Assembly: GCA_049969615.1 (NCBI GenBank)
Contig: JBMFOM010000033.1
Coordinates: 1-16,810, forward strand
Source: a candidate division WOR-3 bacterium
GTDB taxonomy: Bacteria > Hydrothermota > Hydrothermia > JBDRYB01
Direction of reading: 5' to 3'
DNA: 16,810 nucleotides
Shown: positions 7,898 through 16,725 of the stretch, piece by piece
How positions within the stretch are numbered: the stretch's first letter is position 1
How the letters are laid out: every line of letters starts with the position of its first letter
Notes under the pieces: generated by a model
What the model was told of the DNA's origin: nothing
What the model saw: the letters and a program-made list of their open reading frames with translations, nothing else
Databases searched by the model: none
Program-made: the position numbers and the translations under genes

Positions 7898-9618
7898 ATT
7901 ATACCGTATTCCAGCCACCGCGCATCCACCTTTTCCCTTATATCGGGTGACATCTCCAAGGCATCCGGCCAGGGTCTATCGTGCCCCTCTTCGGGCGTTT
8001 TTGTCGTTGCGTCAATGGCCAAACATAGCCCATCAGCGGAAACAACGCCATCCCTTCTGGGATCAAACCTTGAGAAAACCCCCCAGAGTAGCTCCGCATC
8101 TGAGAAGATGTTCACATCCGAATCCGTTACGAAAAGGAGCCTTGGCTTGGCTTTTGCCCATATCCCGTGGATCAGCCTCTTTGCCTGGCCTGGCCCATTT
8201 TTCTTAATGGAAATGAAGAGGACCCCGGACTCCCACCTATAGGTTATGCCCGGCAGTTCTGTTTGCCTCCAAGACAATTGTTTTCGCCAAGGCTTCGTGG
8301 TGCTATCCAGACACACCTTTGAACCCCGGTCCGGATAAGGCGATGATATGTCCAGTGTATCGGCAGGCCCCTCCGGAACTATTACCATATCCTCTGAGGG
8401 AAGGAAATTTTTTGATACCTCAAGCCAGACTGAACCCAGGTCGTGGGGATCAACGCATTCGTCAACTATCACAAGGGTCTTTGTGAGGGCCATCGCGCCC
8501 AATCCCCACAGTGCCAGCGCGACCTTTATCCCGGCCCGCGGAAAGCTCTGTCTCGCGGAGGCTATTGCAAGGTTGTGGAACCCTGACTCCAGCGGTGTGT
8601 TTAGGTCAACCAGCTCCGGGACCTGCAATCTTAGGAGGGGAGTGAACATCCTCTCCACCGCTTTGCCGATGACCCCATCCTCCTTCGGTGGCTTGCCAAC
8701 TATGGTCGCAGGATACACCGCGTCAGGCCGCGCCATTATCCCCTGGATGTGAAAAACGGGGAACTCCCTCTCCAGCGAGTAGTATCCGAAGTGATCGCCA
8801 AAAGGCCCCTCGGTCCTCCTCTCTCCTGGAGGCACATAACCCCATAGCACAATATCCGATTCCGAAGGAACCGTCAGGCCGTTTGGTAGCCTTGATATCT
8901 TAAGGGGTTCACCGAGGAGCCATCCCGCCAGGAGATACTCGTCAACATCCTGGGGCAGGGGCGCTATCGTCGCGAAAGTTAAGGCTGGTGGCCCGCCCAG
9001 GACCACTGCGACCGGCAAGGGTTTTCCCATGGCCTCGGCCTTCGCGTAGTGCGCCGCGCCTCCCCTGTGGGGATGCCAGTGCATTCCGGTTGTCCTGCTG
9101 TCATATACCTGTAATCTATACATCCCGCAGTTCCCGATGCCGGTCTCCGGATCCTCTGTCCTGACTATTGGCAGGGTAAAAAATCTTCCCCCATCACGGG
9201 GCCAACACTTGAGAACAGGCAGTTCGTCCAAGCCGTCTATTTTCCGTCTGAAACCTGCGCTTTTCAGCCTTGGCTTCAAGGAGAGAACCCTTTTGGCAAC
9301 ATTCAATGACCTGTAGAGCTTCTTAAGGTCAGATCCGGCCCCTATCCTGATGAGCGCGAGGACCTCCTCGCCTATCCCTTCCGGTTCCCTGTCCCCTATT
9401 GCCCACCGGAGTCGTTCCCGTGTCCCGAACATGTTTATCGCGACGGGAAACCTTGACCCAACCGGGTTCTCAAACAAGAGGGCAGGCCCCTCGCGCTCCA
9501 TTACCCTTGAGGCTATCTCGGTTATTTCTAGGACTGGATCAACCGGGACCCTCACCCGCACCATAACACCATTTTTCTCAAGGAAGGAAAGGAAGGAGCG
9601 GGTGGTGAGGAATTTCAT
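7894..9618 (-). CDS. ubiD: UbiD-family prFMN-dependent decarboxylase (menaquinone futalosine-pathway MqnL-like)
   Basis: VDPVLEI, GPALLFEN, LPVLKCWPRDGGRF, NCGMYRLQ, GMHW, EGPFGDHFGYY, GKPPKED, DTLD and C-terminal IDATTK...WP. Start ATG 9618 (MKFLTT) overlaps the upstream TGA. Confidence 0.92.
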   Translation of the reverse strand: MKFLTTRSFLSFLEKNGVMVRVRVPVDPVLEITEIASRVMEREGPALLFENPVGSRFPVAINMFGTRERLRWAIGDREPEGIGEEVLALIRIGAGSDLKKLYRSLNVAKRVLSLKPRLKSAGFRRKIDGLDELPVLKCWPRDGGRFFTLPIVRTEDPETGIGNCGMYRLQVYDSRTTGMHWHPHRGGAAHYAKAEAMGKPLPVAVVLGGPPALTFATIAPLPQDVDEYLLAGWLLGEPLKISRLPNGLTVPSESDIVLWGYVPPGERRTEGPFGDHFGYYSLEREFPVFHIQGIMARPDAVYPATIVGKPPKEDGVIGKAVERMFTPLLRLQVPELVDLNTPLESGFHNLAIASARQSFPRAGIKVALALWGLGAMALTKTLVIVDECVDPHDLGSVWLEVSKNFLPSEDMVIVPEGPADTLDISSPYPDRGSKVCLDSTTKPWRKQLSWRQTELPGITYRWESGVLFISIKKNGPGQAKRLIHGIWAKAKPRLLFVTDSDVNIFSDAELLWGVFSRFDPRRDGVVSADGLCLAIDATTKTPEEGHDRPWPDALEMSPDIREKVDARWLEYGIM

Positions 9619-9842
9619 TTGGATGATCCTGAGACCATTTTCCTGGTGCTCGTTAGACAATCCCAGAAGTGTTTGAAATACCTGCAGTTTTGTCCCGCCG
9701 TGGCCGCTATCAATTTTATCAGGTCAATAATGTTGCTCTTGCCAGCCGCGTTGGGCCCGACGAAGAGCGTCACCCCATCGCTGAAGTCTATCTCCAGATT
9801 CTTCAGAGACTTGTAGCCATCAACCTGAAGTCGCCTTATCAT
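9615..9842 (-). pseudogene. Truncated ABC/SMC-like ATPase (AAA_15/AAA_21/RecF-type N-terminus), 75 aa
   Basis: MIRRLQVDGYKSL...VTLFVGPNAAGKSNII Walker A region; no signature motif or Walker B follows, and there is no room for them before ubiD. Confidence 0.8.
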
Positions 9843-9848
9843 GGCTAA

Positions 9849-9854
9849 ATTATA
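9849..9854 (-). promoter_or_regulatory. -10 box (TATAAT) 6 nt upstream of the ATPase-stub ATG; likely leaderless promoter of the stub-ubiD-GT-C unit
   Basis: Minus strand reads TATAAT-TTAGCC-ATG(9842); no well-spaced -35 seen. Confidence 0.55.
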
Positions 9855-9888
9855 AGCTCAGAGTTCAGCAGGCTTCCAACTTGGCAAT

Positions 9889-12345
9889 CTAGGCCTTCGC
9901 AACCGTCATCTCTGTTGGCCTGAACTTCACTGTCCCGTCTTCCATATAGGCTTCAATGTGCTCGCCCTCTTTGAGGTCACCCCTGAGAATAGCCTCTGAG
10001 AGTGGCTCTTCAATGTATTTGCGAAGGGTGCGCCGGAGGGGTCTCGCACCGAACTCCGGGTTATAGCCGTCCTCAACCAGAAAGCGTCTGGTTTCCTCGG
10101 TAAGGGTAAGGGTCATCTTCTTTTCAGAGAGACGTTCCCTGAGCTCCCGGAGCATCACTTCCACCACCTCCATCAGGTCCTCCTTGTTCAGAGGCCTGAA
10201 GACCACCACCTCGTCTATCCTGTTCAGGAACTCGGGCGGAACTGTGTTCCTGAGCTCAGCTTTGAGATATTTTTCGGATTCCTCGTGGCTCATCGTTCCC
10301 TCCTCACCAGGCCTGAAACCGAGGCGTGAGACCTGACTGAGACGTTTCGTTCCAATATTTGAGGTCATTATTATAACCGTGTTTCTGAAGGATACCCTCC
10401 TTCCCAGCCCATCAGTTATTACCCCATCCTCAAGTATCTGAAGGAGGATGTTGAAGACATCCGGATGAGCCTTCTCAAATTCATCAAAGAGAACCACTGA
10501 ATATGGCTTTTTGCGGACCTTCTCCGTGAGCTGGCCTCCTTCCTCGTATCCCACATAGCCGGGCGGCGCGCCTATTAGACGCGAAACATTGAATTTCTCC
10601 ATGTATTCGCTCATATCCACCCTGACCATTGCGGTCTCGTCCCCGAAGAGGAACTCAGCGAGCGCACGGGCGAGCGAGGTTTTGCCAACTCCAGTAGGGC
10701 CCAGGAAAACAAAACTGCCTATGGGCCTCCGTGGGTCCTTGATGCCTGCCCTTGAACGTCTTATTGCCTTTGAAAGAGCGGATATTGCCTCAGCTTGGCC
10801 GATTATCCTCTTGGACAGGCTCGTCTCCATTTCAAGCAATCTCCGCTCCTCTTCAAGACTTATCTGGGTTATGGGTATTCCGGTCCACCTTGAAACCACC
10901 CTTGCCACATCCTCCTCGGTGACTGTTGGTGTCAGCTCCGCCCTTATCTCTTCCCTTCGTTTGGCTATCTTCTTCTCAACCGCTTTTTCTTCGTCCCTGA
11001 GCCTGGCGGCGCGCTCGTAGTCCTGACGTTCTATGGTGCCGGTCTTCATGGCCCTTATCATGTCTAGCTCTCGGAGCAATTCAGCCAGAACCTTGTCCCG
11101 ATTGCGCGATGCCAGCTTGACCATAGCGCCGGCTTCGTCCATCACATCTATGGCCTTGTCGGGCAGGAATCTGTCCTGTATGTATCTGTCAGCGAGCCGG
11201 GCCGCGGCAATCAAAGCTTCATCCGAATACATGACCCCGTGGAATTCCTCGTATTTTGATTTGAGGCCCCTGAGTATCTCAACGGTCTCCTCGGTAGTGT
11301 TCGGATCAACCATTACAGGCTGGAACCGGCGTTCCAACGCGCCGTCCTTCTCTATGTGTTTCTTGTATTCATCAAGAGTGGTCGCACCTATGACCTGAAA
11401 CTTTCCCCTGGCCAGCGCGGGTTTCAAAATATTCGCCGCGTCAAGCGCGCCCTCGGCCGCGCCAGCTCCCACCATTGTGTGCAGTTCGTCTATGAATATT
11501 ATCACATTGGGCGAGGATGATGTCTCTTTGACTATTGCCTTGAGCCTTTCCTCAAATTGACCCCTGTATTTTGTTCCCGCTACAACAGCGGCCAGGTCCA
11601 ACGCGAGTATCCTTTTCTTCATGAGACCTTCCGGGACATCCCCTGAGGCTATCCTCTGCGCTAGGCCCTCCACTATGGCCGTCTTTCCGACACCGGCCTC
11701 CCCGATTAGGACCGGATTGTTCTTCTTTCTCCTTGATAGTATCTGGATTACGCGCTCTATCTCTTCCACCCTGCCTATGACAGGGTCAAGCTTGCCTTCT
11801 CCGGCCAGTTTGACCAGGTCAGTGGAAAAGGCGGGGAGAAGCTTTCCCTTTATCTCCTCAGTGCCAGGCCCTTCCGGCCCGCCCAGGTCCTCATCTCCTT
11901 CTGGCCTGAGGCTCCTTGCGACCTCCTCCCTGACGCTCACATAGTCAACCCCAAGGGATGCCAGGACCTGAGAACCGAGAGAACGTTTTTCCCTCAGGAT
12001 TCCCATTAGCAGGAACTGGGTCCCAACATTCTGCTGTTGAAGGCGTCTGGCTTCTTCAAACGCATAGTTTATGGCCCTTTTCGCGCTTGAGTTCAGAGGA
12101 AGTTCTCCCACCGAGGATGGGGTGGTTCCCCTCGGGACTGAGTCCTCAAGTATTCTGTAGAGCTCCTCAAGGTCAACGCCCAGGTTGGTCAATATCGTGG
12201 CCGCGTTACCCTCGCCGAGTCTGGCTATTGACATGAGGAGATGCTCAGTGCCTATATAGTCATGTCTTAGGCGCCTGCTTTCCTCCCTGGCCATGGAGAA
12301 GACTTTCCTGGCCCTTTCGGAGAACCTCTCGTTGTTAGCGAACAC
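9889..12345 (-). CDS. clpC: ATP-dependent Clp protease ATP-binding subunit ClpC
   Basis: Double Clp_N repeats (IGTEHLL); NBD1 [18 protein letters not shown]-like [11 protein letters not shown] middle domain; NBD2 [20 protein letters not shown] ClpP-docking loop; GARPLRR. GTG start with GGAGG SD. Confidence 0.97.
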   Translation of the reverse strand: MFANNERFSERARKVFSMAREESRRLRHDYIGTEHLLMSIARLGEGNAATILTNLGVDLEELYRILEDSVPRGTTPSSVGELPLNSSAKRAINYAFEEARRLQQQNVGTQFLLMGILREKRSLGSQVLASLGVDYVSVREEVARSLRPEGDEDLGGPEGPGTEEIKGKLLPAFSTDLVKLAGEGKLDPVIGRVEEIERVIQILSRRKKNNPVLIGEAGVGKTAIVEGLAQRIASGDVPEGLMKKRILALDLAAVVAGTKYRGQFEERLKAIVKETSSSPNVIIFIDELHTMVGAGAAEGALDAANILKPALARGKFQVIGATTLDEYKKHIEKDGALERRFQPVMVDPNTTEETVEILRGLKSKYEEFHGVMYSDEALIAAARLADRYIQDRFLPDKAIDVMDEAGAMVKLASRNRDKVLAELLRELDMIRAMKTGTIERQDYERAARLRDEEKAVEKKIAKRREEIRAELTPTVTEEDVARVVSRWTGIPITQISLEEERRLLEMETSLSKRIIGQAEAISALSKAIRRSRAGIKDPRRPIGSFVFLGPTGVGKTSLARALAEFLFGDETAMVRVDMSEYMEKFNVSRLIGAPPGYVGYEEGGQLTEKVRKKPYSVVLFDEFEKAHPDVFNILLQILEDGVITDGLGRRVSFRNTVIIMTSNIGTKRLSQVSRLGFRPGEEGTMSHEESEKYLKAELRNTVPPEFLNRIDEVVVFRPLNKEDLMEVVEVMLRELRERLSEKKMTLTLTEETRRFLVEDGYNPEFGARPLRRTLRKYIEEPLSEAILRGDLKEGEHIEAYMEDGTVKFRPTEMTVAKA

Positions 12346-13010
12346 TATCCACCTCCAGCGGCAATATATGCCTCCAGAAACCTTATCCTTCCTTCGGCCT
12401 CCATTGCGGATGGGGTCTTGGCGTATTTTTCTTTGATCTCACGGTAAAGTTTCAAGGCTTCCGCCGGGTTCCCAGCTATCTCAAGACACATTGCCTTTCT
12501 GTATGTGTAGAAAGCCCTATATGTCTCGTAGGGGGTCTTTTCGGCGGCTTCCGAAAGAAATCTTAGAGCCTCCTCATAGCGCTCCTGATTCATTCGTATT
12601 GAGGCCATGCCAGAGAGCGCGTTGGCCTCGGTGAACGGATCATTAGGTTTTGAAGACAGAAACCTCGTCCAGAACTCCTCAGCCCTGGCCATGTCGCCTG
12701 TGGTGTAGTAGTGATAGCCCAGGTAATAAAGGGCCTTTTTGCCCCAACGGGTGTTGGGAAACCTTTGATAGAGATCAGTAAGTGCCGGGATTGCCTGGGT
12801 TGTGTCGCCCCCGCTCATGAGATAAACTGCCTGAACATACTCCCATTGGCCCTTCGGTTTTCCGGCCCTTCCTCTTTGTGTGTAGGCCAGAAAAGCGACT
12901 AGGAGGACCAATGCCGCAAAGCCCCAGAGGATATTGCTCTTGTTCCTCCTGGCCCAGGCCTTGATGGCCTTAAGCTTTTCGCCGCTGAAGAAATCCTTTA
13001 TGCCGCTCAT
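12345..13010 (-). CDS. Membrane-anchored tetratricopeptide-repeat protein (YfgM-like)
   Basis: Basic N-terminus, one TM helix ([17 protein letters not shown]), then TPR-like helical repeats (ALYYLG..YY..GD...A; A...G...EAL..YREI..KY); 1-nt TAG/GTG overlap with clpC. Confidence 0.8.
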   Translation of the reverse strand: MSGIKDFFSGEKLKAIKAWARRNKSNILWGFAALVLLVAFLAYTQRGRAGKPKGQWEYVQAVYLMSGGDTTQAIPALTDLYQRFPNTRWGKKALYYLGYHYYTTGDMARAEEFWTRFLSSKPNDPFTEANALSGMASIRMNQERYEEALRFLSEAAEKTPYETYRAFYTYRKAMCLEIAGNPAEALKLYREIKEKYAKTPSAMEAEGRIRFLEAYIAAGGG

Positions 13011-13027
13011 GCTGTTTCTTCCCTCAT
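13007..13027 (-). other. Putative leaderless 6-aa uORF (MREETA) coupled by ATGA overlap to the TPR gene
   Basis: Minus strand: TATAAT-TTAAGC-ATG AGG GAA GAA ACA GCA TGA; its TGA overlaps the TPR ATG at 13010. Confidence 0.4.
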
Positions 13028-13033
13028 GCTTAA

Positions 13034-13062
13034 ATTATAACCCACTTTCTGCACAGGATCAA
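13034..13062 (-). promoter_or_regulatory. Sigma70 promoter of TPR-clpC (TTGATC-N17-TATAAT)
   Basis: Plus-strand gatcaa at 13057-13062 and attata at 13034-13039; 17-nt spacer. Confidence 0.7.
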
Positions 13063-13346
13063 GTGTTTGGAAACCCCTGAAAAATTCCGGTTTGTCCTTC
13101 GTCCCTATCCGAAAGCCTCATCATAGCTGGAAGAGAACCCTGAGGGAATGCCCTCGGGAAGGGATTTTTCGGGGGTCCCTCTTAGAACCCTGTTCTCTTG
13201 GGCAAGGTGCTCCTGGTTCAAGCCAGCAAGTTATTGCTACTTTATCAGAAGCTCATTTTTTCTCAGAGAGCGCTAAACCCATTATTCCAATTTGAAAAGG
13301 GCCAAGATAAGCTATTGGGGTAAGGAATCACCAGTCTCGCGGCAGC

Positions 13347-13375
13347 TTGATCGACCATAGAACGTGTTTTATAAT
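13347..13375 (+). promoter_or_regulatory. Sigma70 promoter of the S8 protease (TTGATC-N17-TATAAT)
   Basis: TTGATC 13347-13352, TATAAT 13370-13375, 17-nt spacer; SD GGAGG 13391-13395; ATG 13401. Confidence 0.75.
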
Positions 13376-13400
13376 TTGCAAGATCCTAATGGAGGTTACG

Positions 13401-16115
13401 ATGAGGTATATCATATCTGCTATGATAGGGGTTCCCCTAATGGCGGGAACCATAATGCCGTCTCTTCAGAAGGAGATGAGCGTGACGGCGCCTGACGAGA
13501 GGATAGAGATTATAGTACACCTGAAGGATAAGCCCGTCTTCAAGATCAATAAGACCACCGCGGAGAAAGCGGCTTACATAGATTACCTGAAGGATTTCTG
13601 CGCAACGAGTCAGGCCCCGGTCATATCCTTCGCGCAGGCCAAGGGCGTTGAGATCATAGAGACCTTCTGGGTCTTCAATGGTTTCTACGCGAAGGCGACC
13701 CCTGAACAGATTCAAGCACTGGCAGAGAGACCGGATGTTGAATACATAATAGACAACTTTGTCATAACCCTGCCAAAGGATGAGATCATCACCCCTGCGG
13801 ACGAATCAAAGGCCGTGGCCTGGGGCGTTGACACAATACAGGCGGATAGAGTCTGGACAGAGCTAGGGTTCACCGGCGCGGGCATTGTAGTTGCGAACAT
13901 GGACACGGGCGTTGATGTGAGCCACCCTGCCTTCGGCGGAAGGTGGCGCTCTGACAACGGCTGGTTTGACGCTGTCAACGGCCAGCCAAGCCCATACGAC
14001 GACCACGGCCATGGAACTCACACCATGGGGACGATATGCGGCGGTGACGGCCCAGGGCCCTTCCCGGACGACATAGGCGTTGCGCCAGGAGCCACCTTCA
14101 TAGCCACCAAATGCTTCAACTCTGGCGGATCAGGCTCCACAGCTGACATCCACGAGTCATTCCAGTGGATAGCCAGTCTCGCCTCATCCGGCAAGGAGCC
14201 TGACCTGGTCTCCAACTCCTGGGGTTCGTCCGCGACGACGAGCACGGAATATTGGAACGATGTCCAGACATGGCGCTCCCTTGACATCCACCCATTATTC
14301 TCCATAGGCAACTCCGGCCCCAGCCCGAACACCGCTGGTACCCCCGGAAACTTCCCGACTGTCATAGGCGTTGGCGCAACAGACAACTCTGATATCATAG
14401 CCAGTTTCTCATCCCGCGGTCCGGCGCCAAACCAGAGCCCGTGGAACAATACCTCATATTGGCTGAGATCTGACTGGAACTTCATAAAACCGGACATATC
14501 CGCGCCCGGGGTCAATGTCTATTCGGCCCTGCCCGGTGGTGGCTACGGCACTATGTCCGGTACATCAATGGCCTGCCCGCACGCGGCCGGCGTGGTCGCG
14601 TTGATGCTTGAGAAGAACGCTAGCCTAGATATCTACACCATATACGATATCCTCCTGAATACTGCTGTCTGGAAGGGTCACATGGGCACTAAGCCCAACA
14701 ACAACTACGGCTGGGGAAGGATAAACGCCTACGAGGCCGTGAACAATGTCCCTGGCACGAGCGTACCGAACGTGGTCGTCCAGAGCACTACTCTGGACGA
14801 ACCATCGGGCAACGGCCTCTGGGACCCCAACGAGCAGGTTTCATTCGTGGTGACCCTCAGGAACACGGGTGTAGCCGTCCAGAATGTCAACGCTACCGTA
14901 TCCGGTTCTGACAGCTATGTAAGCCTCCTTGATTCCGTCGCGAGCTACGGCGACATCCCCCAGGGTGGTTCAAAGGACAACGCTTCTGATCCGTATGACG
15001 CCTTTGCCAACTCTTCAACCCCATGCGGCTACAACAAGAACTTCAACATGCGCATCACGGGCACGAACCCCTCATATCAGGTTGACAGGAGCCTGGCCTT
15101 CACCATAGGTGTCGCGCCCGGCCAGCAGTTCAATTCGTTCTCAGGCGCGGGCAACGCTAGCGATTACCTCTATGGCATCGCGTTTGACGGGAACAACCTC
15201 TGGGCCGCCTATTTCTACGGTACCGCGATATACAAGATGGACCCGGACAACGGCACGAGCCGCGGGACAATACCCGCTCCTGGCGGCCAGGCCACTGATC
15301 TCTCCTGGGACCCTGGCAGAAAGGCCCTCTGGGTTCACAACAACACGACCAAGACCATCTACAGGATAGATACCCTGGGCAATGTCCAGACATCCTTCGC
15401 TTCTCCCGCGACGGGCTATCCCACGGGAATAGCCTATGACCAGGCACAGGACATCCTCTATGTGGTTGATCGCGACAACAACGTGATATACAAGGTCAAC
15501 CCGAACACAGGCGCGACCATATCCTCCCACTCAGTCGCGTTTGGCGGTCAGAACGGCCCGAGATGCCTTGCCGTGGAACCAAGAGGCGCTTCTGGCAATG
15601 GGACCCTAATCTTCATCTACACCTTCTTCAACGCGGGTGGTGGCCTTGACTCCACGGTCATGTATGAGCTCAGCAAGACTAATTGCTCCAGGACCGGCAA
15701 GAGCTACAACTTCGGCGCCCTGAACCTGAGGGGAATTGAGTATGACGCCAGGAAAGGTCTCTATTGGGTAACCTACGTGGAAGATAATGTAGTCGCGGAG
15801 ATAGGTGGGTTCTACTGTGAGTCCGGCACCGGCGTTGGCGGCCAGAAGCCCTTCGTGCCCCTTACATTCCAGGGGCCGTGGCCCTCTGTCTGTCGTGGCG
15901 ATTACAGCTTGATGATCTCGTTGCCCTCTGACAAGTTGGTTCGTGTTTCGGCCTACGATGTGTCAGGCCGTCTCGCTGAGAGGGTCTTCGCGGGAAGGCT
16001 TGAGGCTGGTGTTCATACAATGAACATCACCACGAACCTCGGCAACGGCGTCTATATCCTTAAAACAGAGATAGGCGATGAATCCTACATCAGGAAGCTG
16101 ATCATACAGAAATAA
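13401..16115 (+). CDS. Secreted S8 subtilisin-like serine peptidase (bacillopeptidase F-like) with propeptide, Ig-like and beta-propeller-like domains and a T9SS type-A-like C-terminal domain
   Basis: Catalytic triad VANMDTG, HGHGTHTMG, SGTSMACPH; oxyanion IGNSG; FSSRGP; KPDISAPG; I9-like propeptide (FWVFNGF); repeated GIAFDG.NLW / GIAYD / GIEYD blades; terminal VSAYDVSGRL...GVYILK...RKLII. Start set at ATG 13401 from the SD and promoter. Confidence 0.92.
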   Translation: MRYIISAMIGVPLMAGTIMPSLQKEMSVTAPDERIEIIVHLKDKPVFKINKTTAEKAAYIDYLKDFCATSQAPVISFAQAKGVEIIETFWVFNGFYAKATPEQIQALAERPDVEYIIDNFVITLPKDEIITPADESKAVAWGVDTIQADRVWTELGFTGAGIVVANMDTGVDVSHPAFGGRWRSDNGWFDAVNGQPSPYDDHGHGTHTMGTICGGDGPGPFPDDIGVAPGATFIATKCFNSGGSGSTADIHESFQWIASLASSGKEPDLVSNSWGSSATTSTEYWNDVQTWRSLDIHPLFSIGNSGPSPNTAGTPGNFPTVIGVGATDNSDIIASFSSRGPAPNQSPWNNTSYWLRSDWNFIKPDISAPGVNVYSALPGGGYGTMSGTSMACPHAAGVVALMLEKNASLDIYTIYDILLNTAVWKGHMGTKPNNNYGWGRINAYEAVNNVPGTSVPNVVVQSTTLDEPSGNGLWDPNEQVSFVVTLRNTGVAVQNVNATVSGSDSYVSLLDSVASYGDIPQGGSKDNASDPYDAFANSSTPCGYNKNFNMRITGTNPSYQVDRSLAFTIGVAPGQQFNSFSGAGNASDYLYGIAFDGNNLWAAYFYGTAIYKMDPDNGTSRGTIPAPGGQATDLSWDPGRKALWVHNNTTKTIYRIDTLGNVQTSFASPATGYPTGIAYDQAQDILYVVDRDNNVIYKVNPNTGATISSHSVAFGGQNGPRCLAVEPRGASGNGTLIFIYTFFNAGGGLDSTVMYELSKTNCSRTGKSYNFGALNLRGIEYDARKGLYWVTYVEDNVVAEIGGFYCESGTGVGGQKPFVPLTFQGPWPSVCRGDYSLMISLPSDKLVRVSAYDVSGRLAERVFAGRLEAGVHTMNITTNLGNGVYILKTEIGDESYIRKLIIQK

Positions 16116-16135
16116 CCTCACGAAACGATCAACAC

Positions 16136-16168
16136 AGGGGCGGCTCACAAGCCGTCCCTCTTTATTTT
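16136..16168 (+). terminator. Rho-independent terminator after the S8 protease
   Basis: 10-bp stem AGGGGCGGCT (16136-16145) / AGCCGTCCCT (16150-16159) with one G-U pair, loop CACA, followed by CTTTATTTT; lies between convergent genes. Confidence 0.8.
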
Positions 16169-16725
16169 AGGGGCTTTATCGCCCGGTCCGCGGCTTGATT
16201 CAATGAACCGCTCAGATCCTCATAGACCAGGCCCCTCGCGGTAGCGTTGTAGAGCAGGTCGCCCTTGTTTGTGTCAAATATCTTGAGTTTTATGACCGTC
16301 TCGTAATACATTGGCTCTGTGGGGTCGTTGTGCCTATAACCCTTTTTTATGTCTTCTATCTCAACCAGACAGACCGCTTCCGCGCCCATTTCAAAAGCAA
16401 CAGCCCTCGCTGTCCCTTGGTCTGGGAAATTCTCCCACCCCGGAGCCTTCTCGGTTATCTTTTGTCTTATCTCCATCGTGTCCATTGAGGCCAGCTGAAA
16501 TCTCCCTGTTTTGTAAAGGGACTCATTTATGTGGAACCAGAGCTTCCCGCAGGGTTCTTTGGGCAGATCGGGGAACTGAAGATAGCCGACTGGCGGCATG
16601 ACGATGATCTTCCAGATTGACTTTGAGGAGAGAGCGGGGCTTGTCTGATATTGAAGATAATGCTCATCCAGTTCTGCCGCGCATGCCAGAATAAACAGCG
16701 CAAAAAAGAAAGTTTTTTTCATCAT
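16162..16725 (-). CDS. Putative lipoprotein (CsgG/LpoB/DUF799-like alpha/beta fold possible)
   Basis: Signal peptide MMKKTFFFALFILA-C with lipobox; GAEAV...V.I and LKIFDT.KGDLLY patterns resemble CsgG/TolB-N-like lipoproteins. ATG 16725 or 16722. Confidence 0.7.
   Translation of the reverse strand: MMKKTFFFALFILACAAELDEHYLQYQTSPALSSKSIWKIIVMPPVGYLQFPDLPKEPCGKLWFHINESLYKTGRFQLASMDTMEIRQKITEKAPGWENFPDQGTARAVAFEMGAEAVCLVEIEDIKKGYRHNDPTEPMYYETVIKLKIFDTNKGDLLYNATARGLVYEDLSGSLNQAADRAIKPLK

Noticed and set aside
7683-12236. Many antisense or alternate-frame ORFs (e.g. 7683..8207, 8348..8752, 10589..11020, 11033..11398)
   Set aside because: They shadow well-supported genes and show no recognisable motifs; expected in GC-rich coding DNA.
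13092-13295. 67-aa intergenic ORF
   Set aside because: TTG start with no SD, no recognisable motif, and it overlaps the inverted-repeat structure.
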